Of a stretch of DNA of 64,000 nt, positions 27,896-39,585 are shown piece after piece; the first letter of the stretch is position 1; the number at the start of each line of letters is the position of its first letter. Below the pieces are notes generated by a model. The model saw nothing but the letters and a program-made list of their open reading frames with translations. It was not told the origin of the DNA and did not search any database. Made by a program: the position numbers and the translations under genes. The DNA lies in NCBI GenBank assembly GCA_964401705.1, contig CAYNZJ010000001.1:3648-67647 (forward strand), in the 5' to 3' direction. This stretch comes from an uncultured Candidatus Saccharibacteria bacterium (lineage in GTDB: Bacteria > Patescibacteriota > Minisyncoccia > Phycocordibacterales > UBA9973).

Positions 27896-29026
27896 ATGTT
27901 ATTATGCTATAATAAACCAATGATAATCAGATACATTTTATTTTTCACCTCTTTTTTAGGGGTTCTTTTTATAGGGTCTTATAGCATTTACAAATCTTAT
28001 AGTCTTGTAAATGTATTTGGGAATACTGGCAATAATATTATGCTCTGGATTTTGATAATTATGCCTGCACTATTTATACTAACAACATTTATTAGTATGA
28101 AAACTCATTTTATTATAAATGATATTTTATATACTATTGCTTGTGTTTGGTTACCAATATTGCTTTATTTATTTTTAGGATCAATAATACTAACAATCTT
28201 TAGTACTTTTATCCCAATAACTAACACTATTTTTTATACATATCTAACTTATGGATTTTTAATCCTATCTTTTATTTTAGGTATTTATGGTACTATTAAT
28301 GCTCATAATTTTACAGTTAATAACATTACAATCCCTAAAGAAAATCGTTTATCTCAAGACTGGTCTGGTAAAAAAATAATTTTAGTATCTGATACTCATA
28401 TTGGAATAATTCATAAAAATAATTTTTTAAATAAAACTGTAAAATTTATAAATTCTCAAAATCCTGATATGGTTTTGTTTGCTGGGGATTTAGTAGATGG
28501 CCCAAAAATAAACCAAAATAAATATTTAAAACCATTGGAAAATCTAAAGGCTCCTTTGGGTGTTTATTATACCCCTGGAAACCATGAAATATATTATGGT
28601 AATGAAAAAGATTTATATAATTTTACAGATAATTACATGACGGGGCTTCGAGATACTAAAATAGCAATCAACAATACTGAAATAATTGGTTTAATGTACG
28701 ATGCTGGCGAAACACCCGAAGGTCTTGAAAATAGACTTTATAAAATTGGCTTTGATAATAAAAAACAAAATATTGTAATTATTCATGAACCTAAAAACAA
28801 TAACATTCTGCAGTCATTTGGAGCAGATTTAATTGTTTCTGGACATACTCATGGTGGACAATTTTGGCCAATAACAATGGCTGTTAATAAAATTTACAAA
28901 GAATACACTCATAATTTAGTTTATAAAAATAATTCAGCAAGCATAACTTCAACTGGAATTGGCACATGGGGCCCACCAGTAAGAATTGGCACTGACCCAG
29001 AAATTATAGTCATAACATTTGAATAA
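27896..29026 (+). CDS. membrane-bound calcineurin-like metallophosphoesterase
   Basis: N-terminal TM helices; phosphoesterase motifs ILVSDTHIG, GDLVDG, GNHE, GHTHGGQ. Confidence 0.6.
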   Translation: MLLCYNKPMIIRYILFFTSFLGVLFIGSYSIYKSYSLVNVFGNTGNNIMLWILIIMPALFILTTFISMKTHFIINDILYTIACVWLPILLYLFLGSIILTIFSTFIPITNTIFYTYLTYGFLILSFILGIYGTINAHNFTVNNITIPKENRLSQDWSGKKIILVSDTHIGIIHKNNFLNKTVKFINSQNPDMVLFAGDLVDGPKINQNKYLKPLENLKAPLGVYYTPGNHEIYYGNEKDLYNFTDNYMTGLRDTKIAINNTEIIGLMYDAGETPEGLENRLYKIGFDNKKQNIVIIHEPKNNNILQSFGADLIVSGHTHGGQFWPITMAVNKIYKEYTHNLVYKNNSASITSTGIGTWGPPVRIGTDPEIIVITFE

Positions 29027-29030
29027 AAAA

Positions 29031-29055
29031 TAACCCCTATTGGGGTTATTTTTTA
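29031..29055. terminator. bidirectional rho-independent terminator (overlaps rplI stop)
   Basis: taacccctattggggtta with T-runs on both strands. Confidence 0.5.
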
Positions 29056-29486
29056 TTAATTACTAAAGTACAATGAACTATTTTATTACCTATATTTACA
29101 GACAATAAATGTTCCCCTATTGATTTTATATGAACATCGTGGAACACATCTTCTGGAATAATTACCCCCGATGCTTTTTCAAACAAAGGAGCAACATCAT
29201 GATAAGTTATAGCTTTAAACAAAACCCCTTTTTCATTAGCTAGAGCATTTATTTCGGCTTTTATACCATCTAAAGCTTTTGCTGTTGTTTCCATTTTTGC
29301 TAAATGAAAAGCATGGTCAGTATCGCGTGAAGCTTTTCTTTCAGCTAATTTTGATAAAGCTGAAGGTGTTGCAATTTCAACTAATTTTCTAGGTAATAAG
29401 AAATTTCGAACATAGCCATCGTTCATTGTTTTTACTTCATCTTTTTTACCTAGTTTTGGTACGTCCTTTAAAAAAATTATTTGCAT
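29046..29486 (-). CDS. rplI: 50S ribosomal protein L9
   Basis: MQIIFLKDVPKLGKKDEVKTMNDGYVRNFLLPRKLV. Confidence 0.8.
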   Translation of the reverse strand: MQIIFLKDVPKLGKKDEVKTMNDGYVRNFLLPRKLVEIATPSALSKLAERKASRDTDHAFHLAKMETTAKALDGIKAEINALANEKGVLFKAITYHDVAPLFEKASGVIIPEDVFHDVHIKSIGEHLLSVNIGNKIVHCTLVINKK

Positions 29487-29489
29487 AAA

Positions 29490-30704
29490 TTAAATTGATT
29501 TAACTACTTGTATTGCTTTGTTTAGTTGGTTATCAACTTTTGGATTTTTCTCATCGTAAATTCTTTTAACTTCAATATCAGGTTTAATACCCTCTTTATC
29601 AATTGCTATTCCATTTGGAGTTAACCATCTTGCAATTGTTACTTTTAAATTAGTTCCTCCTTTCATTGGAATTAATTCTTGAACAGAACCTTTACCAAAA
29701 GTTTTAACTCCAACTAATGTTGCGATTTTATGATCAGACAATGACCCAGCTAAAATTTCTGATGCTGATGCTGAGCCCCCATCAATCAATACGACTAATT
29801 TAGGTTTATTTATTTTATTATAACCATAACTGGTATGGATTTCTTTTTGATTATTTTTAACAAAGTCTTCAACAACAATTGTTTTACCTTTGGGTATAAA
29901 ATAGCTTCCAATATCTACTGCGGCTTCTAAATAACCACCCGGGTTACCTCGAAGGTCAATTACCATATAATTAAGCCCTGAAGTTTTATAAGAATTAATC
30001 GCTTTTTCAAAATCCTTTGTAGCTTTTTCTCCAAAAGATGATATGTGTATTACATAAACACCATCAATGATTTCAGATTCAACGGTAGGAATTACAATAG
30101 TATCTCTTGTTACAGAAATAACTTGTGTTTCTAATGCCCCGGTACGATAAATTTCAAGTTTTACAACTGTTCCTTTTTTACCACGAATTTTCAAAATTGA
30201 TTCATCGATAGACATTCCATTAGTAACAATACCATCAATTTTTAATATTTTATCTCCTGATTTAAGGCCAGCTATTTCAGCAGGGCTACCCTTTAATGGA
30301 GCAATAACTGTTAAAATATCATCTTGAGATTTACCAATTTCAGCTCCAATTCCGTCAAATGAACCCGCGATTGATTCATTAAATTTTTTTGATTCACTTG
30401 GAGGCATAAATTCAGTATAAGGATCACCTAATGATGCTGTTAGGCCTTTTATAGCGCCATACATTCTATCCTCATCAGTAACATCATTATAATGTATTGA
30501 TTTTTCTTTTAATGTATTCCAAACAGTAAAAAATAAATCAGTATTTGTGTTTGTTTTGGATGCTGCTTGAGCAGAAGAAACTGCTGTAAATTTAAATTTA
30601 ATGATTTGTTTTTGTGAAGCATAAGCTCCAAAAGCAAAAGACCCAAAAGAAAAAACAACTAAAACTAGTATAGCGATTGAGTAACGAAAATTTTTATTAT
30701 TCAT
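29490..30704 (-). CDS. ctpA: S41 family C-terminal processing peptidase
   Basis: PDZ segment GLKSGDKILKIDG, plus DLRGNPGGYL and LIDGGSASASE. Confidence 0.8.
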   Translation of the reverse strand: MNNKNFRYSIAILVLVVFSFGSFAFGAYASQKQIIKFKFTAVSSAQAASKTNTNTDLFFTVWNTLKEKSIHYNDVTDEDRMYGAIKGLTASLGDPYTEFMPPSESKKFNESIAGSFDGIGAEIGKSQDDILTVIAPLKGSPAEIAGLKSGDKILKIDGIVTNGMSIDESILKIRGKKGTVVKLEIYRTGALETQVISVTRDTIVIPTVESEIIDGVYVIHISSFGEKATKDFEKAINSYKTSGLNYMVIDLRGNPGGYLEAAVDIGSYFIPKGKTIVVEDFVKNNQKEIHTSYGYNKINKPKLVVLIDGGSASASEILAGSLSDHKIATLVGVKTFGKGSVQELIPMKGGTNLKVTIARWLTPNGIAIDKEGIKPDIEVKRIYDEKNPKVDNQLNKAIQVVKSI

Positions 30705-30713
30705 ATGTTTGTT

Positions 30714-31193
30714 TTAAGAAAAATCTGATAATTCGTTTTGATCAATATTAACATCATTATTTATAAATGTAGGTTCTTTTTTAACAGTTATTCTTTTTAT
30801 TCGTGGAGCCATTTCAATTCTCTTTCTTGTTCTTGGTTTAGGGTTAAAAGTATTAACATCTTCTATATTGTTAGGACTACTAGTTGAAATAGTATTATTA
30901 TCCAAAATATCTGGGTTTGATTGAATATTTATAGATTTATTATCTGCAATAGTATTATTACTATAATTATTATTATGATTATTTTCTACTGGGATATCAT
31001 TATTTTTAAAAATTTGTTTTTTCTTTTCATTATGGTATTGGCGATTACCTATTATTAATAGAATAATCCCGGTTAAAGAAAATAAAACTGTTTTTGTTTC
31101 CCAAGTAAAACCTAGCCAAGGCATAATAAGTGCCCAAAGCCCAATATACGAAATAGTTCGTTTTGATTTCATAGTGCTATTATACCATAGCAA
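30714..31193 (-). CDS. hypothetical membrane protein with N-rich low-complexity tail
   Basis: TM helices at N-terminus; ORF. Confidence 0.3.
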   Translation of the reverse strand: MLWYNSTMKSKRTISYIGLWALIMPWLGFTWETKTVLFSLTGIILLIIGNRQYHNEKKKQIFKNNDIPVENNHNNNYSNNTIADNKSINIQSNPDILDNNTISTSSPNNIEDVNTFNPKPRTRKRIEMAPRIKRITVKKEPTFINNDVNIDQNELSDFS

Positions 31194-31204
31194 AAAAATC
31201 TTTT

Positions 31205-32398
31205 CTAGTTATTTTGGTCTTCCAAAAGAGCTTCTTTTGTATATCTATTTTTAGGATCCCATAACAGATATGAATATATCCCCACATCATTTGCAGCTTT
31301 GATTTGAGCTTTTACTTCATTAGGTCCATAAGACACACTCATACTAAAATCTTGAAGCCATGGGCGGATTTCGGTATTATTATTTATTGCTTTTTGACGA
31401 TTTAATCCATCTTGTAAAGATAATTTAATAGTCTGATATGGGTTTGCTTCTGGAGATTTTAGTCCTTTATACCCAGCATAAAAATGTGAAGGATATATCA
31501 TAGGAGCAATAGCATCTACATTGGGTAATAAATATTCATAAAATTGCCCAATATTTACATCATTAGGATCAGTCAATATTTGCCCAAAAACATCAATTGA
31601 AAGTGGGATATCTTTTTCTTTTAAATTTTTATGCATAAAAATTGTAAAATCAGAAATTACATCTTGTTTAAGTTTGTTTTTAGTTATTGGATAAACTTTA
31701 TCACGACTACCATCTGTTGGGAATCTAATATAGTCTAAATTAATTTCATCAAATCCTAAATCATAAGCTTCGTATGCTAATTCTAAAATATATTGGTGGA
31801 ATTCTGGGCTACTAGCATCAACCCATGCTAAACCATGCCGATCTTTCCAAAGCTCGCCTTTACTATTCAAAACAGCACTTGTAGGGTTATTTTTAGCATA
31901 AATAGGATCTTCAAATACAGCAATTCTAGCAATTACATAAACATCATTTTCATGGAGTTCTTGAATATATTCTTTTAAATCAACGGCTCTTGTGGACTCG
32001 GCATTAATTCTATCTTGGCTTGCTCCTTCTGGGGCAGGAATTGACACAACACCAGTTGAATCTTTAAAATCAATTACGACACTATTTATAACAGTATCGT
32101 TAACTAAATTTGTTAATCGACTTCGAACTGATTTTGTACCTGCCACCCAAGATGACATATAGATACCTTTTACATTTTCTGGTTTTTCTACGTGTAAAGT
32201 TTCTTCTTTTTCTTCTTGAGTTTTTATTTCTTGATTATTTACAAAATTAGATTTAGATAAATTATTTGTAGTTATTTTTTCAAAAGACCAATAATTAGAT
32301 ATCGGCATATTTTGAGCCAATAAATAATGAACATTAACAAAACTAGTTGTTAGTGTCAAAGCAGACAATATTATTATAGTGAATTCTTTTTTTCTCAT
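31205..32398 (-). CDS. hypothetical secreted protein, possible glycoside-hydrolase-like TIM-barrel
   Basis: Signal-like N-terminus. Resembles a DUF4015-type putative glycosyl hydrolase, but this is weak. Confidence 0.3.
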   Translation of the reverse strand: MRKKEFTIIILSALTLTTSFVNVHYLLAQNMPISNYWSFEKITTNNLSKSNFVNNQEIKTQEEKEETLHVEKPENVKGIYMSSWVAGTKSVRSRLTNLVNDTVINSVVIDFKDSTGVVSIPAPEGASQDRINAESTRAVDLKEYIQELHENDVYVIARIAVFEDPIYAKNNPTSAVLNSKGELWKDRHGLAWVDASSPEFHQYILELAYEAYDLGFDEINLDYIRFPTDGSRDKVYPITKNKLKQDVISDFTIFMHKNLKEKDIPLSIDVFGQILTDPNDVNIGQFYEYLLPNVDAIAPMIYPSHFYAGYKGLKSPEANPYQTIKLSLQDGLNRQKAINNNTEIRPWLQDFSMSVSYGPNEVKAQIKAANDVGIYSYLLWDPKNRYTKEALLEDQNN

Positions 32399-32399
32399 T

Positions 32400-33086
32400 T
32401 TATTTTGGATGAATAATTAATGTAAACTCGCCTTTTAATTCTTTGGGATTTTTTATAATAAATTCTAAATGATTTTTTGCAATATCTGTTCGGATTGTTT
32501 CAAACATTTTTGTTATTTCCCGAGCTACCATTATTTGTGTTTTAGGAGAATTTTTATCAAACCATTCAAGAGTAGATTTAATTCTGTGAGTTGATTCATA
32601 AAAAACAACTGGGATTTTAGAATCAATAACCTCTTTAAAAAAAGTTTCGCGACCTTTTTTATTAGGGGCAAAACCTAAAAAACTAAATTGATTACCAAAT
32701 ATTCCTGATACTGATACCGCAGAAACAACAGCACTAGCCCCTGGAATTGGAACTATTTTTATTTCAGGATTATTATTAATAATATAATTAGTAATTAAAG
32801 AACCTGGGTCAGATATCCCCGGAGTCCCAGCATCACTAACAAGGGCAATATTTTGCCCACCAAGCAATATTTCTATAATTTTATTATGTGTTTTATTTGT
32901 AGAATGAGAATTATAAGAATAAGTTTTGGTTTTTATTTCGTATCTATTAGCAATTTTATTAAATTCTCTTGTGTCTTCGGCATAGATATAGTTTACATTT
33001 TTTAATGTTTCTACACCACGGTAAGTAATATCCCCCATGTTACCAATGGGTGTTGCTACAATATATAATATTCCGATATTTTCCAT
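32400..33086 (-). CDS. rsmI: 16S rRNA (cytidine1402-2'-O)-methyltransferase
   Basis: MENIGILYIVATPIGNMGDITYRGVETLKNVNYIYAEDTR: tetrapyrrole-methylase fold, RsmI N-terminus. Confidence 0.75.
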   Translation of the reverse strand: MENIGILYIVATPIGNMGDITYRGVETLKNVNYIYAEDTREFNKIANRYEIKTKTYSYNSHSTNKTHNKIIEILLGGQNIALVSDAGTPGISDPGSLITNYIINNNPEIKIVPIPGASAVVSAVSVSGIFGNQFSFLGFAPNKKGRETFFKEVIDSKIPVVFYESTHRIKSTLEWFDKNSPKTQIMVAREITKMFETIRTDIAKNHLEFIIKNPKELKGEFTLIIHPK

Positions 33087-33095
33087 TTTTATTTT

Positions 33096-33998
33096 TTAAA
33101 CGTTAGTTAATTTTTTAACATCTAAGGATTTACAATTATCAGTACAGTACCCATCATTTTCCTTAACACAATCAACACAACCTAAAAATTGTTGATGACA
33201 AAATGGGTATGTACAGTCAAAATAATTTTCTGTTGGATTTTTACAATAATGACATTTACCAATAACAACATGTTTACCCTGATCATCAAAAGTAATTGTT
33301 TTTCTTTTATCAAAAACATAAAGAGAACCTTTGAATTCTTTATTTGGAAATTCTTTCATATATGTAACCATACCATTGTGCAGTTGAGATACATCTTTAA
33401 ACCCTTGGGACAATAAAAACCCACTGGCTTTTTCACATCTAACCCCACCAGTACAAACTGTTACTACTTTTTTATCCTTTAAATGTTCAATTTCTTTAAC
33501 ACGGTCTTTTAAGTCTCGGAAATTTTTAAGCCCCGGAAAAACAGTCTTAGTAAATTTACCAACTTCAAGTTCATAATCATTGCGCATATCAACAATGTAA
33601 AATTCTTCTCCTGATTCATACATTTTGTCCAAATCTTTAGCTTTAAGTCTTTTCCCGGTAACTTTTTGAGGATCAATATCCCAATTATCATCAACCAAAT
33701 GCAGTGATACAATTTCTTTGCGGACTTTTACAGATAATCTTGGAAAACAGTCCCCCAGTCCAGCAGACTTTTTCCAATCGATATTTTTAAACTTTTTATC
33801 TTCTTCCATCCATTTGATGTATTTTTCGGTGTCTTCAGTTTTACCTTCAACAGTACCGTTTATACCTTCATTAGCAACTATAATCCGTCCTGTAAGCCCA
33901 AGAGCCCGGCAAACATCCATTTGCCTAACCTTTTCCAATTCTGGGTCTTTAATCCTTACGTATTTGTAATATAAAAGTATTGTATATTCGCTTTCCAT
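33096..33998 (-). CDS. trhO: rhodanese-related tRNA uridine(34) hydroxylase TrhO/YceA family
   Basis: UPF0176 N-domain, rhodanese active site CTGGVRCE, C-terminal Cys cluster. Confidence 0.65.
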   Translation of the reverse strand: MESEYTILLYYKYVRIKDPELEKVRQMDVCRALGLTGRIIVANEGINGTVEGKTEDTEKYIKWMEEDKKFKNIDWKKSAGLGDCFPRLSVKVRKEIVSLHLVDDNWDIDPQKVTGKRLKAKDLDKMYESGEEFYIVDMRNDYELEVGKFTKTVFPGLKNFRDLKDRVKEIEHLKDKKVVTVCTGGVRCEKASGFLLSQGFKDVSQLHNGMVTYMKEFPNKEFKGSLYVFDKRKTITFDDQGKHVVIGKCHYCKNPTENYFDCTYPFCHQQFLGCVDCVKENDGYCTDNCKSLDVKKLTNV

Positions 33999-34054
33999 AC
34001 GTAACTACTATAACAAAATAAGCATCATTTGCCAATCACTACCGTTAAAATTCT

Positions 34055-34076
34055 ACCAGTGGTTTACTTGGAGGTC
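34055..34076. repeat. perfect 10-bp palindrome CTTGGAGGTCcgGACCTCCAAG
   Basis: Read directly; lies between trhO and the atp operon; no U-tract. Confidence 0.4.
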
Positions 34077-34145
34077 CGACCTCCAAGTAGGATAAAAACA
34101 AAAAACCCGCATTTGCGAGTCTTTTTATTCTATACTTTTTTATTT

Positions 34146-34574
34146 CTATAATCTTCTTTTTGCGGTTTTGATACGTGCAAGATTTCTTTCAAGTGAACTT
34201 TGGAATCTAGCAAAATCAATATCGGAAAGAGTTGATTTTTGCTCCATAGCAACTCTAGCTCTTTCGTATGCTTCTTCTGCTTGAGCAAGGTCGATTTCTT
34301 CAGCTATTTCTGAATGAGTAACAAGCAATGTAACACTGTTATCTCCTCCGATTTGTAAAACACCTCTAGTTACAGCAAAATAACTATCTTTATTATCTAA
34401 TCGTAAAGTTAAAATCCCAGGTTTTGCCAAAGTTACCAATTCTGAGTGATGTGGCAATATTGTAATTTCACCAGATTCTGTAGGAATACTTATTGAATCT
34501 GCAAAAGACTGATACACAACTTTTTCGGGTGTAACAATGCGTAGACTCATTTTATTATTTCCTTGAAAATCCAT
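34146..34574 (-). CDS. atpC: ATP synthase F1 epsilon subunit
   Basis: MSLRIVTPEKVVYQ..., probably starting at the internal Met. Last gene of the atp operon. Confidence 0.8.
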   Translation of the reverse strand: MDFQGNNKMSLRIVTPEKVVYQSFADSISIPTESGEITILPHHSELVTLAKPGILTLRLDNKDSYFAVTRGVLQIGGDNSVTLLVTHSEIAEEIDLAQAEEAYERARVAMEQKSTLSDIDFARFQSSLERNLARIKTAKRRL

Positions 34575-34580
34575 ATAATA

Positions 34581-35990
<1,410 letters not shown>

Positions 35991-36902
35991 TTAATCTACT
36001 TGTAATGCGCTGGCTCCACCAACAATTTCACTAATTTCCTGAGTAATTGCACTTTGACGAGCATTATTATACGTCAACTGCAAATCATCAAGCAAATCAG
36101 AAGCGTTATCTCCGGCATTTTTCATGGCAAACATTCGAGCACTGTGTTCTGAAGCATGAGATTCAGCAAGAGCTTGATAAAGAGTAGTTGTAACCATTGA
36201 AGGTAAAATTGCGTCTAATATTGCGGACAATGAAGGTTCAAATGTTGTGTTAGAGAAATCGTATTCGGTATGAGATTCTCTAGAATTTGAATCTCCTATT
36301 GCATCAACAATGTTTTCAAATAATTCCATCGAAGCTGGTAATAATTTTGTATAAATTGGTTTATACATTGTTGTTTTAATAAACTCAGTATAACACATAT
36401 AGACATTATCATATTCTCCTTCAAGGAATTTTTTTTGAATCATCTTTGATATAACTTCCAAAGATTCGTTATTTGATGATTCATTAAATTCTACAAAACT
36501 AGCAATTATTTTATATTTAAGTTTGTTTGCTATTTTTTCAGCATATTTACCTATTGTAACAAAGTGGACTTCGTCTTTTGTATTTTTTAAAGATAAAGAT
36601 AACATTTTAAATAAATTAACATGATACCCTCCACAAAGTCCTTTGTTCCCACCGTAAAGTACAACTAAGATTTTACCTGTCTTGGTCTCTTTTTCTGACA
36701 TTAGAGAATGTGTTCCGGGAGCCATTTTTTGTAAATAAGCAACAAGCTTAAGACCAAGTATGGCATACGTTCGAGAACCAAGAGTCCGTATTGTTGATTT
36801 TCTCATCTTTGATACCGAAACCATTTCCATGGTTTTTGTTATCTTTTTGATATTTGCAACAGACTTTATCTTTTGTTTAATAATTTTAGATTGTACAGGC
36901 AT
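35991..36902 (-). CDS. atpG: ATP synthase F1 gamma subunit
   Basis: Position between alpha and beta; C-terminus ARQSAITQEISEIVGGA. Confidence 0.85.
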   Translation of the reverse strand: MPVQSKIIKQKIKSVANIKKITKTMEMVSVSKMRKSTIRTLGSRTYAILGLKLVAYLQKMAPGTHSLMSEKETKTGKILVVLYGGNKGLCGGYHVNLFKMLSLSLKNTKDEVHFVTIGKYAEKIANKLKYKIIASFVEFNESSNNESLEVISKMIQKKFLEGEYDNVYMCYTEFIKTTMYKPIYTKLLPASMELFENIVDAIGDSNSRESHTEYDFSNTTFEPSLSAILDAILPSMVTTTLYQALAESHASEHSARMFAMKNAGDNASDLLDDLQLTYNNARQSAITQEISEIVGGASALQVD

Positions 36903-36911
36903 AGTATAATA

Positions 36912-38405
36912 TTATAAAATAATTTCTGTAGCATCTTTTAAGGCCATTGAAAGAGAAGACTCTATTTCATCATTCCAAGTTTTTTCTAAATCTTTCAATA
37001 ATGTTCCATAACTATTTCTCATATAATTAAGAAAAGCTTCTTGTTTTTCTTTTATAGATAAAACATCAAAAGAATCAAAAAACCCATTATTTGCTGCAAA
37101 AATAGTAGCAACTTGTTCCCCCACTGGCATTGGTGCATATTGAACTTGTTTTAAAAGCTCTGTAATTCTTTTACCACGATTAAGTTGTTTTTTTGTTTCT
37201 GGATCAAGATCAGAATCAAACTGAGCAAAACTTTCAAGTTCACGATATTGAGCCATAGCTAATTTTAGTTTACCTGCTGTTTTTTTCATTGGCTTGGTTT
37301 GAGCACTAGAACCAACACGAGAAACAGATAATCCAACGTTAATCGCCGGACGAATACCTTTATAGAAAAGTCCTGATTCAAGGAAAATTTGACCATCAGT
37401 AATTGAAATAACGTTTGTAGGAACATATGCTGAAATATCTCCAGCTTGAGTCTCAATGATTGGCAAAGCTGTAATAGATCCTCCACCTGCTTCAGGATTA
37501 CGTCGACATGCTCTTTCAAGTAAACGAGAATGTAAATAAAAGACATCTCCCGGATAAGCTTCACGGCCTGGTGGACGACGAAGAAGTAGTGATATTTCAC
37601 GATAAGCTACCGCATGTTTAGATAAATCATCATAAACAATTAATACATCATTGCCTTTATCCATATAATATTCAGCAATTGCAACCCCAACATAAGGAGC
37701 CAAATAAGAATAAGCTGGGCCTTCTGCAGCACCAGCTGCAACAATTGTTGTATATTCCATTGCTCCAGACTTACGTAAAATTTCTATAGTACGAGCAATT
37801 TTTGATTGTTTTTGACCAATAGCAACATAAACACAAAGCATGTTTTGGCCTTTTTGGTTTATTATTGTATCTATTGCAACAGCACTTTTACCTGTTTGAC
37901 GATCACCAATAATAAGCTCACGTTGCCCACGACCAATTGGAATCATTGCATCAATTGCAAGAATTCCAGTTTGAACTGGTTGATCAACACCTTGACGATC
38001 CATAACCCCTGGGGCTGTTTTTTCTACAGGATAATAATCCTTTGTAATTACGGTTTTACCGCCATCAACAGTTTCTCCAATTGGGTTAACAACACGTCCA
38101 ACTAAATCCATTGAAACAGGAACAGAAAGTATTCTTTTTGTGCGTAAAACCTGATCCCCTTCTTTTAAAGATGTATAATCTCCTAAAATAATTACCCCGA
38201 TTGAATCTTCTTCCAAGTTAAGAGCAATACCAAAAATTCCATTTGGGAAAGATAGCATTTCATTTGATTGACACCCTGGCAACCCAGAGACACGAGCAAT
38301 ACCGTCAGTGATAGAAAGTATATTCCCGTACTCTTCTGTAGAAATTGAAATATCAAAATTTTTGATATTTTCTTGTATGTTTTGTATTAGTGAATCTATT
38401 TTCAT
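36912..38405 (-). CDS. atpA: ATP synthase F1 alpha subunit
   Basis: GDRQTGKS P-loop. Confidence 0.95.
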   Translation of the reverse strand: MKIDSLIQNIQENIKNFDISISTEEYGNILSITDGIARVSGLPGCQSNEMLSFPNGIFGIALNLEEDSIGVIILGDYTSLKEGDQVLRTKRILSVPVSMDLVGRVVNPIGETVDGGKTVITKDYYPVEKTAPGVMDRQGVDQPVQTGILAIDAMIPIGRGQRELIIGDRQTGKSAVAIDTIINQKGQNMLCVYVAIGQKQSKIARTIEILRKSGAMEYTTIVAAGAAEGPAYSYLAPYVGVAIAEYYMDKGNDVLIVYDDLSKHAVAYREISLLLRRPPGREAYPGDVFYLHSRLLERACRRNPEAGGGSITALPIIETQAGDISAYVPTNVISITDGQIFLESGLFYKGIRPAINVGLSVSRVGSSAQTKPMKKTAGKLKLAMAQYRELESFAQFDSDLDPETKKQLNRGKRITELLKQVQYAPMPVGEQVATIFAANNGFFDSFDVLSIKEKQEAFLNYMRNSYGTLLKDLEKTWNDEIESSLSMALKDATEIIL

Positions 38406-38406
38406 A

Positions 38407-38802
38407 TTATGCGGTTAAATTTTCTTCTAATTTTTTGAGCATACTTTTAATAGATGCATCGTAAATAGTTCCATTTTGTTTTAAAATAAAACCACCCAAA
38501 AGAGAAGGGTCAACAAAAGACTCTATATGAACTTCCCCCGCATCTTCCTTAAGAAAACCTTTTACTAAATTATTCATAGTTTCTTTACTTAGTTCATGTG
38601 AACTAGTTAAATTACATTCACGTAAAACGATATCTTTTTCTTGAATCCTTTTTAAATGTGAAAGAATTTTAGGTAAAGAAGAAACCATATGATGTCTTTT
38701 TAAAAAAGAAGTAAGAGACTGTGCCATTTCTTGCGCATCTTTGCCATTGTGTGCAATATGATGTGCATATAAAGATTCAGCAATTGTACGAGATTTAATC
38801 AT
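38407..38802 (-). CDS. atpH: ATP synthase F1 delta subunit (OSCP), unusually short (131 aa)
   Basis: Operon position; C-terminus LGGFILKQNGTIYDASIKSMLKKL resembles the delta C-terminus. Confidence 0.6.
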   Translation of the reverse strand: MIKSRTIAESLYAHHIAHNGKDAQEMAQSLTSFLKRHHMVSSLPKILSHLKRIQEKDIVLRECNLTSSHELSKETMNNLVKGFLKEDAGEVHIESFVDPSLLGGFILKQNGTIYDASIKSMLKKLEENLTA

Positions 38803-38804
38803 AT

Positions 38805-39302
38805 TTATGAATTTTTCTTACTAATACCTGCAGTAAATCTCTCATTATCTTCTTTTGTAAAACCAGTAGAAAGAATCTTTTCTAAACTCTCTCTTATTAA
38901 AGTAGCTGTTTCTTTTTGTATATTTGCAGTCATTTCTTCTTTTTCTCGAGCTAATTCTTTTTTAGCTGATTCTAAAATTTGTTCTTTTTGTATTTGAGCA
39001 TCTTGTAAAGAAGCATCGATAATACCTTTGGATTTTTCTTCTGCGGAACTCAAAATATCACGAACTGTGTTTTGAGTTTCGGAAAGTATTTCTAATTTTT
39101 CAGATTCAGCTTCTAAAAGCTTTTTCTCTGCACGATCAGCTTTATTAAGACCTTCACGTATTTTACCATCTCGAATCCTCATCATTTTCATAAGAGGTTT
39201 ACCAAGAACAAAATAAACAAGCACAAGAACAATTGCAAAGTTAATTACTTGAGCAATAATAAGTTTTAGATCGATGTGAAAAGTTGAAATGATTGCATCC
39301 AT
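38805..39302 (-). CDS. atpF: ATP synthase F0 b subunit
   Basis: N-terminal TM helix plus long charged helix; operon position. Confidence 0.7.
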   Translation of the reverse strand: MDAIISTFHIDLKLIIAQVINFAIVLVLVYFVLGKPLMKMMRIRDGKIREGLNKADRAEKKLLEAESEKLEILSETQNTVRDILSSAEEKSKGIIDASLQDAQIQKEQILESAKKELAREKEEMTANIQKETATLIRESLEKILSTGFTKEDNERFTAGISKKNS

Positions 39303-39338
39303 AAGGAAAGTTTACATTAAAAGATTATAATAAAAAGA

Positions 39339-39569
<231 letters not shown>

Positions 39570-39585
39570 TTAATAAATAATAATA

